Source: a virus (taxonomy: Duplodnaviria; Caudoviricetes). Taken from it: a stretch of DNA of 55,698 bases. Below the pieces are notes generated by a model that worked only from the letters and a program-made list of their open reading frames with translations, was not told the origin of the DNA and did not search any database. Positions 17,650 to 26,716 of this stretch are shown here, piece after piece. The DNA lies in the IMG/VR virus record IMGVR_UViG_3300030329_001268, positions 1 through 55,698 of that record, one strand, 5' to 3'. Position numbers and translations under genes: made by a program. How positions within the stretch are numbered: the stretch's first letter is position 1; the number at the start of each line of letters is the position of its first letter.

Positions 17650-18292
17650 GATTAGTTATACTAAGAAAATGCCTGGGCCTAGTTGGTCAGTAAGAGCATG
17701 GGAAAGATGTCCTGCTAAAGTTGATCTAAAGACAAAGGAAGTAGATGATGCTTGTAAGACTTGTTATGCTCGGTTCGGTAACTACAGGTTTAAGAATGTA
17801 GTAGCGGCTAGAGTCCATAATGAGAAAGCATGGAAGGAAGATACCTTTGTACCATTCATGGTCAGTATGTTAGATTCTCATAGGTATTTCAGATGGTTCG
17901 ATAGTGGTGATATGTATGATGTCAGACTGGCTGAAAAAATATATGAGATATGTAAGCAGACGGAATGGTGTAAGCATTGGATACCTACTAGGATGTATAA
18001 GATTCCTAAGTTTAAAGATGTAATAGACAGGCTGAACAAATTACCTAATGTGGTAGTCAGGTTTTCAAGTCCTAGTATAGAAGGTGAGATAATTCCTGGT
18101 AAGTATTCGTCTACTATTATACCCTTTACAGATACAAAGACAGATGCTACCATATGTTATGCGTATGAAAGAGATGGTAAGTGCGGTGATTGTAGGGCAT
18201 GTTGGTCGAAAGATGAGAAGGTCATCGCATATGTAGGACATGGACAAGTAATGAAGAGTGTCCTAAGGAAGAAAGGTTTAATTAACAATTAG
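17639..18292 (+). CDS. GP88-like Cys-rich (radical-SAM-related) protein
   Basis: KMPG.SWS, C..CYA, YFRWFDSGD, HWIPTR and C.A......CGDCRACW motifs. Confidence 0.7.
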   Translation: MIPKISYTKKMPGPSWSVRAWERCPAKVDLKTKEVDDACKTCYARFGNYRFKNVVAARVHNEKAWKEDTFVPFMVSMLDSHRYFRWFDSGDMYDVRLAEKIYEICKQTEWCKHWIPTRMYKIPKFKDVIDRLNKLPNVVVRFSSPSIEGEIIPGKYSSTIIPFTDTKTDATICYAYERDGKCGDCRACWSKDEKVIAYVGHGQVMKSVLRKKGLINN

Positions 18293-18304
18293 AGGTAAAA
18301 AAGA

Positions 18305-18652
18305 ATGAGTGATTCCACTATATTTTTTGATCTGACAGAGCAGGATATTGTTGATGTGGTCAATAGTGTTTGGACCTTGAAGGATCGTGAGGACTTGAAG
18401 GATGATTGCATAGATTATGTATGTGAGAATCTTGAAAGCAATGGTGAAGATCGTTATGCTGTGGCAGACAGAACGATAAAAGACATAATAATTAAATTCT
18501 TATCCTGTCATTGTGGACATGCAATGTCTACTAAAGACCTACTTAATATGTGGGAAGAACAGACAAGACTTAGAAGAGTGATGAAGAATACATGTGTGTG
18601 TGGTGTAGTGAACTGTCCTGAAGAATACCAACACACTACAAGCGGATACTAA
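18305..18652 (+). CDS. Hypothetical protein with a C-terminal Cys/His cluster
   Basis: 115 aa; GAGGT RBS; CVCG...C....H. Confidence 0.7.
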   Translation: MSDSTIFFDLTEQDIVDVVNSVWTLKDREDLKDDCIDYVCENLESNGEDRYAVADRTIKDIIIKFLSCHCGHAMSTKDLLNMWEEQTRLRRVMKNTCVCGVVNCPEEYQHTTSGY

Positions 18653-18702
18653 GGGCCAGGAGATAGTTGCCTAAGAAACTATCAGTTAGTGAGGAGCGTA
18701 TC

Positions 18703-18939
18703 ATGAAAGTATATGATGTTCGGAATGAGCCTAACACTCAGAACCATACAAGTAAGGTCTACGCTTTTGGAAACTTTCAAGTTAAAGTTAACAAAAGAGT
18801 AAGAGATTACAACTGGTTCAATGTGATAAGAGGTGGTCGGAACTACATCACTACTAAACCTAAATCGTGGACAAGACAGACAGGTTTTGGTAGAGTGGTA
18901 GAGTTCGGTAAACTTGCTTTGACTTTTAAAAGAGTCTAA
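18703..18939 (+). CDS. Hypothetical protein
   Basis: ATG after GAGGAG preferred over the TTG at 18667. Confidence 0.65.
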   Translation: MKVYDVRNEPNTQNHTSKVYAFGNFQVKVNKRVRDYNWFNVIRGGRNYITTKPKSWTRQTGFGRVVEFGKLALTFKRV

Positions 18940-19054
18940 ATAAAAACACTTGCTAGTGTTACGTAGGGTTAGTTAGCCCTTGATCTAAAAACAAGATCTA
19001 AATGTAGCGGTGGTCGGAAGGAAAAAGAATTTAATAAGCATAGGTAATAAAGGT

Positions 19055-19228
19055 ATGACAATCAACAACTTACAAAAAGATATAGATAAGGCAGTTGAAG
19101 ACTTTGATACTATTTTAGAAGACAATAACTTTGGAAATTGGAACGATCCTGTACCCTTGAATCCTAAAGACGATGTCGAAGTGGAACAAAGTGAAGAAGA
19201 AACAAAGCCTCTTGACTTTAATATTTAA
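19055..19228 (+). CDS. Small acidic hypothetical protein
   Basis: ATG after AGGT..AAGG, within the ORF 19010-19228. Confidence 0.55.
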   Translation: MTINNLQKDIDKAVEDFDTILEDNNFGNWNDPVPLNPKDDVEVEQSEEETKPLDFNI

Positions 19229-19240
19229 AAAGTGTATAAT
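19212..19240 (+). promoter_or_regulatory. sigma70 promoter upstream of the methyltransferase operon
   Basis: TTGACT-17 nt-TATAAT. Confidence 0.7.
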
Positions 19241-19266
19241 CTTATATATATATAAAGGTAATAAGT

Positions 19267-19473
19267 ATGAGTAGTAAAAGTAATATAATAAAACTTAAAA
19301 GTAAAAATATATATACTGTAGAATATATAGACTGGAAAAGTTTTAGTGTAGATATAAAAGCAGAAAGTGAGGAAGAAGCAGAACTCATTGTTCTTGCCAA
19401 CAAGTTTAACTGGAACAACAAAGAACCTAAGAAAAGAATCTTTGGTGTTTCATCAATCAACAAGAAGGAGTGA
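19267..19473 (+). CDS. Hypothetical protein
   Basis: 68 aa with an I.AESEEEA motif common in small phage proteins. Confidence 0.65.
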   Translation: MSSKSNIIKLKSKNIYTVEYIDWKSFSVDIKAESEEEAELIVLANKFNWNNKEPKKRIFGVSSINKKE

Positions 19474-19476
19474 ACT

Positions 19477-19986
19477 ATGCATACTGTTTTAGACTTGTTT
19501 AGCGGTATCGGTGGGTTTAGCCTGGGCTTAGAAAGGACAGGTGGTTTTAAAACTGTTGCTTTCTGTGAGATGGATGAACACTGCCACAAAGTACTAAGAA
19601 AACACTGGAAAGATGTACCAATTTTTAATGATGTGAGGGAACTAAGTTATGAAAAACTCAAACAAGAAGGAATCGCCAAGCCAACTGTCATTACTGGAGG
19701 ATTTCCCTGCCAAGATATATCCGTTGCAGGAAAAAGGAAAGGAATCGTTGGAGAAAGATCAGGTCTTTGGTCGGAGTTTGCGAGGCTCATCGAAGATGTA
19801 CAGCCGAAGTGGGCGATTATTGAAAATGTATCAGCCCTTAGATCTAAAGGACTTACCTTGGTCTTACAAGATCTCAGCGAGATCGGGTACGATGCGGAGT
19901 GGCATTGCATTCCCTGTAGTGCAATTGGTGGGCTACACAGAAGAGATCGCATATGGATCATCGCAAGACCTATGGAGGACACCTGA
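19477..19986 (+). CDS. dcm: C5 cytosine methyltransferase, catalytic N-terminal part (motifs I-VIII)
   Basis: DLFSGIGG, GGFPCQD, IENV and H.RDRIW motifs; AAGGAG RBS. Confidence 0.9.
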   Translation: MHTVLDLFSGIGGFSLGLERTGGFKTVAFCEMDEHCHKVLRKHWKDVPIFNDVRELSYEKLKQEGIAKPTVITGGFPCQDISVAGKRKGIVGERSGLWSEFARLIEDVQPKWAIIENVSALRSKGLTLVLQDLSEIGYDAEWHCIPCSAIGGLHRRDRIWIIARPMEDT

Positions 19987-20521
19987 CGCTCATTGTGATA
20001 GAGGCGCTGTGTCTGAAGAGAGGATGCAGAAGAAACTAGATGAGAACTTACCGATTAGTTTGAATGATCAGGTCGCACACCGAGATATGTGGGCTACACC
20101 TAACACGTTAGACCACTTGCCTCCAAGATCTAAGGAAGCAATGGAGAGGAACTTTGCAGGACCTCGTAAGGGTAGGACTAAGCCAAGCAACTTGAGAGAA
20201 CAGGTTCATCCTGACATGTGGCCCACACCTACAACACAAGATGCAGGTAAGGCTACTAAGAGATGGAGAGAGGACAGGCAGAACAATTTAACTGCCGCTG
20301 TGTTTAATCCTGATCACTGGCCCACACCTAGTTCAAGAGATTATAAAGGTGGTTACTTAGGTGGTCGTATCAGGAATGGTAAGCCAAGTATGGACACTTT
20401 AGATGTTGCAGTACAGTACACTGACAACCAAGAGAAAGATAAAAAGAAAGGTCAACTAAATCCTGAGTGGGTTGAATGGTTGATGGGTTATCCAGTAGAT
20501 TATACATTAGTTGAGGACTAG
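19649..20521 (+). CDS. Alternative-frame methyltransferase subunit (WxTP repeats plus motif IX)
   Basis: Own GAGG RBS inside dcm. Four W(R/A/P)TP repeats and GQLNPEWVEWLMGYP. Confidence 0.75.
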   Translation: MKNSNKKESPSQLSLLEDFPAKIYPLQEKGKESLEKDQVFGRSLRGSSKMYSRSGRLLKMYQPLDLKDLPWSYKISARSGTMRSGIAFPVVQLVGYTEEIAYGSSQDLWRTPDAHCDRGAVSEERMQKKLDENLPISLNDQVAHRDMWATPNTLDHLPPRSKEAMERNFAGPRKGRTKPSNLREQVHPDMWPTPTTQDAGKATKRWREDRQNNLTAAVFNPDHWPTPSSRDYKGGYLGGRIRNGKPSMDTLDVAVQYTDNQEKDKKKGQLNPEWVEWLMGYPVDYTLVED

Positions 20522-20523
20522 AT

Positions 20524-20751
20524 ATGAAAGAGCCAAAGCAGGTAGTAATTAGATCAGACTTAGAAAGATTTGCGCATTATGCAAAGAAGGTATGGGAGCA
20601 TGAGCCTGAAGGTGTTCCAAGAGTTTCGTATGGGATTCCGGGAAGAATTCAAAGGCTCAAGCAGTTAGGTAACAGTGTTGTTCCTCAGATACCTCAGTTT
20701 ATAGGTAACTGTATTTTAGATTATGAAAGTTTTAAGAGAGATAAATCTTGA
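20524..20751 (+). CDS. C5 methyltransferase C-terminal part (motif X)
   Basis: RVSYGIPGRIQRLKQLGNSVVPQ; GAGG RBS; same frame as the 19477 ORF. Confidence 0.8.
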   Translation: MKEPKQVVIRSDLERFAHYAKKVWEHEPEGVPRVSYGIPGRIQRLKQLGNSVVPQIPQFIGNCILDYESFKRDKS

Positions 20752-20776
20752 CAAGATTAAAATCTGTCCTTAAAAT
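20748..20776 (+). promoter_or_regulatory. sigma70 promoter ahead of an ORF-free interval
   Basis: TTGACA-17 nt-TAAAAT. Confidence 0.7.
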
Positions 20777-20782
20777 ATTACA

Positions 20783-20931
20783 TACGAAATAATAAAAGAA
20801 ACTTTACTGAGTGATGTCAAATAAGCACACACGCACCTCACAACCCTAACCCAGGAGGCTTAAAGACATCTTGTTTCTATGGCAAGTAAGCAGTGGTAGG
20901 CTTACGCTCCTAAACTACCACACCTTCTTTT
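20783..20931 (+). ncRNA. Candidate small RNA of about 150 nt
   Basis: Lies between a promoter and a GTGGTAG/CTACCAC stem followed by a T-run. Internal GATGTC/GACATC stem. Only tiny ORFs. Confidence 0.4.
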
Positions 20932-20950
20932 ATATTTCACAAAAAAACAT

Positions 20951-20979
20951 TTGACTTATGGTTCGGATTTTGGTATAAT
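20951..20979 (+). promoter_or_regulatory. sigma70 promoter for replication genes
   Basis: TTGACT-17 nt-TATAAT with an extended TG. Confidence 0.75.
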
Positions 20980-21025
20980 CCGCCTATGAGTTTGAATTAT
21001 AATGTAAGTAAGTAATGGAGGAAGT

Positions 21026-21463
21026 ATGGCTATACTAAAAAATGTAGTCGTTCATTGGGCTTCTCTTAGAGAACCTAATAGAACATTTGAACCTCATACT
21101 TATCAGATCACTGCGATTGTGGATAAGAAACAAGCCGCAGAGTTTGAAAGTAGGGGCCATAAGATTAAAGAAATAGATGAGCAACCTGCTCTTTTCTTTA
21201 AGCAGTATGACAAGCGACCTGACGGATCTTTGAATCCGCCTATTCGTGTAGTCGATGCAAACAAGAATCCTTTTGATCAACCGATTGGAAATGGTTCTGT
21301 TTGTAACATTCAATTTGATGAAAGAACTTTTGAAAATAAGTTCGGTACATTCCATTGGAATCTATTGAAAGCAGTTCAAGTTCTCAATCATGTTGAGTAC
21401 AACCAAGGCGGAGCAGTCGATGAGTTTGAGATCGAAGGCGATGCCGATGACATCGAATTTTAG
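21026..21463 (+). CDS. ssb: Single-stranded DNA-binding protein (T7 gp2.5-like)
   Basis: P.VVDA.KNP....IGNGS and LKAVQVL..VEY motifs; acidic tail ending in F. Confidence 0.8.
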   Translation: MAILKNVVVHWASLREPNRTFEPHTYQITAIVDKKQAAEFESRGHKIKEIDEQPALFFKQYDKRPDGSLNPPIRVVDANKNPFDQPIGNGSVCNIQFDERTFENKFGTFHWNLLKAVQVLNHVEYNQGGAVDEFEIEGDADDIEF

Positions 21464-21477
21464 TAGGGGAAGTTCAT

Positions 21478-21744
21478 ATGGTTGATGATCAACGAATTGA
21501 AGATGAACTTTCTATTGATACTAAAATGGAAGGTGTCCCTAGAATCTTTAGAAGTGACCTGGACAATGATTTTTTGCGAGGAATATTCGACAGCATAATA
21601 AGAGTGCGGTCAGAGAAACAACAACTCGATTTACGAAGACTTGATGCGGTCATTCTCGAAAGAGGAAGGATAGATACTCTTGTTAATGCTCTTAGATCTC
21701 AAGAAGTAATAGACAAAGGAGACAAAGAGAACAAACAAGATTGA
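21478..21744 (+). CDS. Hypothetical protein
   Basis: 88 aa; GGGG RBS. Confidence 0.65.
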   Translation: MVDDQRIEDELSIDTKMEGVPRIFRSDLDNDFLRGIFDSIIRVRSEKQQLDLRRLDAVILERGRIDTLVNALRSQEVIDKGDKENKQD

Positions 21745-21753
21745 TGGTAATAT

Positions 21754-21816
21754 GGTGGTGCTAGTAGGTTAGACTGAACAAGTCTTTCTTCGTATCTTCT
21801 AGCACTACTTTATTTT
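21754..21816 (+). terminator. Long hairpin followed by a T-run (terminator or processing site)
   Basis: GTGGTGCTAG...CTAGCACTAC stem, then TTTATTTT. Confidence 0.5.
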
Positions 21817-21830
21817 ACTTTTAAAAGTAA
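21815..21830. promoter_or_regulatory. Palindromic operator-like site, copy 3
   Basis: TTACTTTTAAAAGTAA. The 26-bp context matches copy 1 at 25 of 26 positions. Confidence 0.6.
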
Positions 21831-21849
21831 GATAATTTTAGGAGCAAAC

Positions 21850-23562
21850 ATGAATACAGAATTTGTAGAATTTCACAAGCCTTGTCCTTCATGTAACAGT
21901 AGTGATGCTTGTTCTATAAACAATGACGGATCAGCAAAGTGCTTTAGTTGTGATGAGTTCTTTCCTGATTATGAAAAAGCAATGGGTGCAGACATGGAAA
22001 ACGTTACAAAATTAAAAGTTAAGGATGACACGATAGCGTTGGAAGTTCCTAAGAATGGAATTTTTACACGCATAGACCATAGAAACATATCTGAAAAGAC
22101 TGCGAGAAAGTATGGTGTTAAGATCATACATAAATACACCTCGGATGGTAAGCCTAAGGTAGGTGAACAGGTCTTTCCTTATTACACAGAGAATAAACTG
22201 ATAGCCACAAAGGTTAAGTATGAGACTCCTCCAGGTACTAAGAAGGACTTTAGAGTTACAGGAGAACTCTCAGAAAGTGGACTGTTTGGAGAGCAGTTAT
22301 TCAGGAGCGGTGGTAAGTACCTCACAATTGTAGAGGGAGAATACGATGCTCTAGCTGCATATGAAATGCTTGGATCTAAGTGGCCCGTAGTAAGTATTAA
22401 GACAGGGGCTACAGGAGCAGTCAGAGATATAAAGAATAGTCTTGAGTTTGTAGAAAGTTATGACACAGTTGTTATCTGTTTCGACAGAGACAAAGCAGGA
22501 CAAGAAGCGGCTAAGAAAGTTGCGAGACTTTTAACACCTAACAAAGCAAAGATAATGCGCATACCTAATGGGTTTAAAGACTCTAATGATATGCTTATGG
22601 AAGGTGCTAAGAATGCTTACAACCAAGCATGGTGGGATGCTAAGACATATACACCTTCAGGTGTTATCAATGTCTCTGATTATAAGTTAAAGTTTTTAAA
22701 TAGGGAAAAGAAGGACAGTGTTCCTTATCCTTATGCAGGACTTAACAATAAGTTATATGGACTACGTGCAGGTGAGTTGGTTACTTTCTGTGGTGGTACA
22801 GGATTAGGTAAGTCAAGTGTTACTAGAGAACTAGAGCATTGGCTTATCAAACAGACAGAAGATAATGTAGGTATCATTGCATTGGAAGAAGATCCTAACA
22901 GGACTATCAGTGGTATCTTATCTATAGAGGCTAATGCTAGATTATATATTGAGCAAGAACTTGAAAGGTTTACCAACGATGAAATAAATAAATACTTTGA
23001 CATTCTCTATAATGGTGACAATGAGAATCGTGTGTGGATTCATGCACACTTCGGTACGAATTCAATAGAAGATATATTTTCTAAGTTAAGGTACATGATC
23101 GTAGGTTGTGGGTGTAAGTGGATTGTAGTGGACCACCTACACATGTTAGTCTCTGCTACTACAGATGGTGATGAGCGAAGGGCCATTGATTCTATCATGA
23201 CAAAACTTAGATCAATCTGTGAAGAGACAGGAGCAGGAATGATACTTGTCTCACACCTAAGAAGGATAGATGGTAACAAAGGACACGAGAATGGAATACA
23301 AGTAAGTCTCAGCCACTTGAGAGGTTCGCAATCTATCGCACAGTTATCCGATTCTGTCATAGCCTTAGAGCGTAACCAACAGTCTGATGATCCTGATGAG
23401 TCTAATACTACTGTATTAAGAGTGCTTAAATCTAGGTACACAGGAGATGTAGGTTTAGCAGGAAGATTGCTATACGATAGAGAGACTGGTAGATTAAACG
23501 AGATTCCTTTGGCGGATTATGAAGACACTAATGATGACATAGAGTTCGATGACTATGCGTAG
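21850..23562 (+). CDS. Primase-helicase (T7 gp4-like)
   Basis: Zn finger CPSC...CFSC, TOPRIM VEGEYDA and FDRD, Walker A GGTGLGKS, VVDHL, LRGSQSIAQLSD. Confidence 0.95.
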   Translation: MNTEFVEFHKPCPSCNSSDACSINNDGSAKCFSCDEFFPDYEKAMGADMENVTKLKVKDDTIALEVPKNGIFTRIDHRNISEKTARKYGVKIIHKYTSDGKPKVGEQVFPYYTENKLIATKVKYETPPGTKKDFRVTGELSESGLFGEQLFRSGGKYLTIVEGEYDALAAYEMLGSKWPVVSIKTGATGAVRDIKNSLEFVESYDTVVICFDRDKAGQEAAKKVARLLTPNKAKIMRIPNGFKDSNDMLMEGAKNAYNQAWWDAKTYTPSGVINVSDYKLKFLNREKKDSVPYPYAGLNNKLYGLRAGELVTFCGGTGLGKSSVTRELEHWLIKQTEDNVGIIALEEDPNRTISGILSIEANARLYIEQELERFTNDEINKYFDILYNGDNENRVWIHAHFGTNSIEDIFSKLRYMIVGCGCKWIVVDHLHMLVSATTDGDERRAIDSIMTKLRSICEETGAGMILVSHLRRIDGNKGHENGIQVSLSHLRGSQSIAQLSDSVIALERNQQSDDPDESNTTVLRVLKSRYTGDVGLAGRLLYDRETGRLNEIPLADYEDTNDDIEFDDYA

Positions 23563-25309
23563 CCTTGTGTTTGACATAGAGACTGACGATTTAAACGCTA
23601 CTAAGTTGTGGTGTATGGTCGCTCAAGATTCTGAATCAGGTGAAATTTTTAAGTTTGCTCCTCAACAACTTGATTCAGGTCTTGAGTTACTTTCTAGGGC
23701 TGATAAACTAATTGGACATAATATTATAGGTTTTGATATTCCTGTTATAAAACAATTAACAGGTGTAGATTTATCAGATAAACATATAATAGATACTTTG
23801 GTATTGTCCAGGTTATTCAGCCCTAACAGAGAAGGCGGACACAGTTTAGAAATGTGGGGCCATAGATTAAGATTCCCTAAGATAGAATTTGAAGAGTTTG
23901 AAACGTACTCACCTCAGATGTTAAAGTATTGTGAGCAAGACGTAAGACTTAACAAACTTTTATTAGAAAGACTTAGACAAGAAGCAAGAGGATTTTCAGC
24001 AGAGTCTATTAGGCTTGAACATGAGATAGCACCTATATTGAAGCAACAAGAATCAGATGGGTTTGCTTTTGATATGAATAAAGCAGAGACTCTCTTATCA
24101 AAACTTTATAAGCGTATGGCAGAGGTTGAGCAAGAAGTACATGAGACTTTTAAACCTAAGATTATGCGAGAAGAAATCATCCCTCAATATACTAAGCAAG
24201 GAAAACTTTCTAAACTTGGTTTAAATATAGACACTAGAAAGAAAGTACATTTATCTGTAGAAGAACAGATGAAGTTTGCTGAAGGAGAAGAGACTATATT
24301 AAGGACACATAAAGAGCCTTTTAATTTAGGATCTCGTAAGCAGATAGGAGAATACTTACAAGACTTTGGTTGGAAACCTAAGAAGCGTACTCCTACAGGT
24401 CAGCCTGTGGTTGATGAAAAGATATTGAGTAGGATAAAAGATATTCCTGAAGCAAAACTAATAGCAGAATACTTACTGTTACAGAAAAGGATAGCACAGA
24501 TTGAATCCTGGGTAGAGGCAGTTGAGGATGATGATAGAGTACATGGTTTTGTCATCCCTAATGGTGCTATTACAGGGCGCATGGCACATAGAGCGCCTAA
24601 CATGGCACAAGTTCCTTCACTTAAAAGCCCTTATGGGAAAGAGTGTAGAGAATGTTGGACTGTATCTAAAGGACACAAACTTGTAGGTATTGATGCCTCA
24701 GGATTAGAACTAAGAATGTTGGCTCATTACATGGATGATGAGGAATTTACAGGAGAAATAATTCATGGCGATATTCACACAAGAAATCAAAAAATTGCAG
24801 GACTTCAATCAAGAAATCAGGCAAAAAATTTCATATATGCAATGCTCTACAATGCAGGAAACAAAAAACTTGGAGAGTTGGTTGGCGGAAGCGAAGAAGA
24901 TGGTAAAAGAATTAGAGAACGTTTCTTTGCTAGTCAGCCAACATTTAAGACTCTTCGAGATAGAGTATGCAAAGCAGCAACGAAAGGGTTCCTCAGAGGA
25001 TTAGATGGTAGAAAGGTACATATAAGGAGCGCACACACCGCTTTGAACACGTTACTACAAGGTGGTGGTGCTATCGTTATGAAGAGAGCCTTAGTTCTTT
25101 TAGACAGAGAAGCAAAGAAAAGAAAATTAGATTACAAATTTGTTGCTAATGTACATGACGAGTGGCAAGTTGAAGTTAAACAAGAACATGCTGAATACTT
25201 TGGTAAGTTAGGGATTCAAGCACTGAAAGAGGCAGGTGAGTATTATAAAATGCGCTGTCCTCTTGATGGTGAATATCAAATTGGAGGTGATTGGAGTGAG
25301 ACACACTAA
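23555..25309 (+). CDS. Family A DNA polymerase (T7 gp5-like)
   Basis: Exonuclease motifs FDIET and GHNIIGFD; polymerase motifs DASGLELR, RNQAKNFIYAMLY and VHDE. Confidence 0.95.
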   Translation: MRSLVFDIETDDLNATKLWCMVAQDSESGEIFKFAPQQLDSGLELLSRADKLIGHNIIGFDIPVIKQLTGVDLSDKHIIDTLVLSRLFSPNREGGHSLEMWGHRLRFPKIEFEEFETYSPQMLKYCEQDVRLNKLLLERLRQEARGFSAESIRLEHEIAPILKQQESDGFAFDMNKAETLLSKLYKRMAEVEQEVHETFKPKIMREEIIPQYTKQGKLSKLGLNIDTRKKVHLSVEEQMKFAEGEETILRTHKEPFNLGSRKQIGEYLQDFGWKPKKRTPTGQPVVDEKILSRIKDIPEAKLIAEYLLLQKRIAQIESWVEAVEDDDRVHGFVIPNGAITGRMAHRAPNMAQVPSLKSPYGKECRECWTVSKGHKLVGIDASGLELRMLAHYMDDEEFTGEIIHGDIHTRNQKIAGLQSRNQAKNFIYAMLYNAGNKKLGELVGGSEEDGKRIRERFFASQPTFKTLRDRVCKAATKGFLRGLDGRKVHIRSAHTALNTLLQGGGAIVMKRALVLLDREAKKRKLDYKFVANVHDEWQVEVKQEHAEYFGKLGIQALKEAGEYYKMRCPLDGEYQIGGDWSETH

Positions 25310-25862
25310 TCAGTTAGCACTTTTTATGCAAGACAAACCTAAAAACAATACAACTTATAGGAAGAATGTTTTCTTTGAGGATGGACAATGGTGGTATCAA
25401 AGCGAACACCAAAAAAGCATAGGCTTTAGACAGACATTAGATTCTCATATCAGAAAGAATGCTAAAAAAATGTATGTCAATGGTAAGTATATACCTGTAT
25501 CACATCCTCTACATAAACCAGGGAATTATAAATCCTTTGAAGATGCCGCTTTTTCTAGTTTAGAAAAGTATGAATCTTCTACAGAAGGAGAAGTTTATAT
25601 TATAACAAACCCTGCTTGGAAAGGATGGATAAAGATAGGCATGGCTGTCGATGCTGAAGATCGTTGTAAACAATACCAAACTTCTAGCCCAATGAGAGAT
25701 TTTAAATTAGAATATAAAAGACCTTTTAATGATAGACGTGGTGCTGAATCACAAGCACATAAACTGTGTGCTAATGAAACAAAAGAAGTACATGGTGAGT
25801 GGTTTAAGTTAAATGTTTCTGTTGGAAAAAAGATCATAGACAATATAGAGAATAAACAATGA
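25296..25862 (+). CDS. GIY-YIG superfamily (T5orf172/MUG113-like) protein
   Basis: GEVYIITN, IKIGMA..AEDR..QYQTSSP, E...H and GEWF motifs. Start codon uncertain. Confidence 0.75.
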   Translation: MRHTNQLALFMQDKPKNNTTYRKNVFFEDGQWWYQSEHQKSIGFRQTLDSHIRKNAKKMYVNGKYIPVSHPLHKPGNYKSFEDAAFSSLEKYESSTEGEVYIITNPAWKGWIKIGMAVDAEDRCKQYQTSSPMRDFKLEYKRPFNDRRGAESQAHKLCANETKEVHGEWFKLNVSVGKKIIDNIENKQ

Positions 25863-26716
25863 AAAAATTAGACACGTTAGTTCAGGACATATACGCTAAA
25901 CTAGATACTCTTACAGAAGGGAAGTCATTAAATGTTTCACAAGAAACAGCAGATGCTTTTGGTGAAGCAATGAAACAAGCATTACTTAACTGGTCAAGTG
26001 AGCATCCTGTAGATAAGCCTACTTTAAGAATGTCTAATGTTGGTAAACCTAACAGACAACTTTGGTATGATATGAAATCAGAAAATAAGACAGCGAACTT
26101 TTCAGCGCCTGTACAAATAAAGTTTTTATATGGACATATCCTTGAAGAAGTTGTCTTGTTTTTGGCTAGACTTGCAGGACATAAAGTAGAAGATGAACAA
26201 AAAGAAGTTACTGTGTCCGGGATAAAAGGACATATGGATTGCAAGATTGATGGTGAAGTTATAGATATTAAGACTGCATCAGGCTTTGCTTTTAAAAAGT
26301 TTAAAGATGGTACACTTCCTGACAATGATCCTTTTGGTTATATGGCACAGATAGCAGGGTATGAAGAAGCAGAAGGAACTAAACATGGTGGCTTTCTTAC
26401 GCTTAATAAAGAGAACGGAGAACTTGCTTTGTTCAGACCTGAAGAACTTGATAAGCCTAACATAAAGGACAGAATAAAGTTATTAAAGAAACAAATAAAA
26501 TCTGACACTCCGCCTGACAGGTGTTACGATCCTATTCCTGATGGCTCTTCAGGTAATATGAAACTTCCTAGACAATGTGTATACTGTAGACATAAGTTTG
26601 TTTGTCACTCAGATGCAAACAAAGGAAAAGGATTACGAGTCTTTAAGTATTCTAAAAAGTATGAGTACTTAACAGATGTTCAGAAACTACCTAGAGTACA
26701 AGAAGTGACAGAATAA
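25859..26716 (+). CDS. PD-(D/E)XK exonuclease
   Basis: LRMSNVGKP.RQLWY, GHMD, DIKTAS, Y.AQ..GY and C.YC motifs. Confidence 0.85.
   Translation: MKKLDTLVQDIYAKLDTLTEGKSLNVSQETADAFGEAMKQALLNWSSEHPVDKPTLRMSNVGKPNRQLWYDMKSENKTANFSAPVQIKFLYGHILEEVVLFLARLAGHKVEDEQKEVTVSGIKGHMDCKIDGEVIDIKTASGFAFKKFKDGTLPDNDPFGYMAQIAGYEEAEGTKHGGFLTLNKENGELALFRPEELDKPNIKDRIKLLKKQIKSDTPPDRCYDPIPDGSSGNMKLPRQCVYCRHKFVCHSDANKGKGLRVFKYSKKYEYLTDVQKLPRVQEVTE

Noticed and set aside
18944-19006. tRNA-like cluster of three small hairpins
   Set aside because: No T-loop or D-loop consensus and no acceptor stem. The stems are short. No tRNA was recognised anywhere in the window.
19960-19990. Sequencing frameshift in dcm
   Set aside because: The second ORF has its own RBS far upstream, and motif X has a separate start. 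This fits the known alternative-frame architecture better.
25296-25862. Intron- or intein-associated homing endonuclease
   Set aside because: PolA and the exonuclease are intact and the gene is free-standing. No intein motifs were seen in PolA, helicase, TerL or NrdJ.
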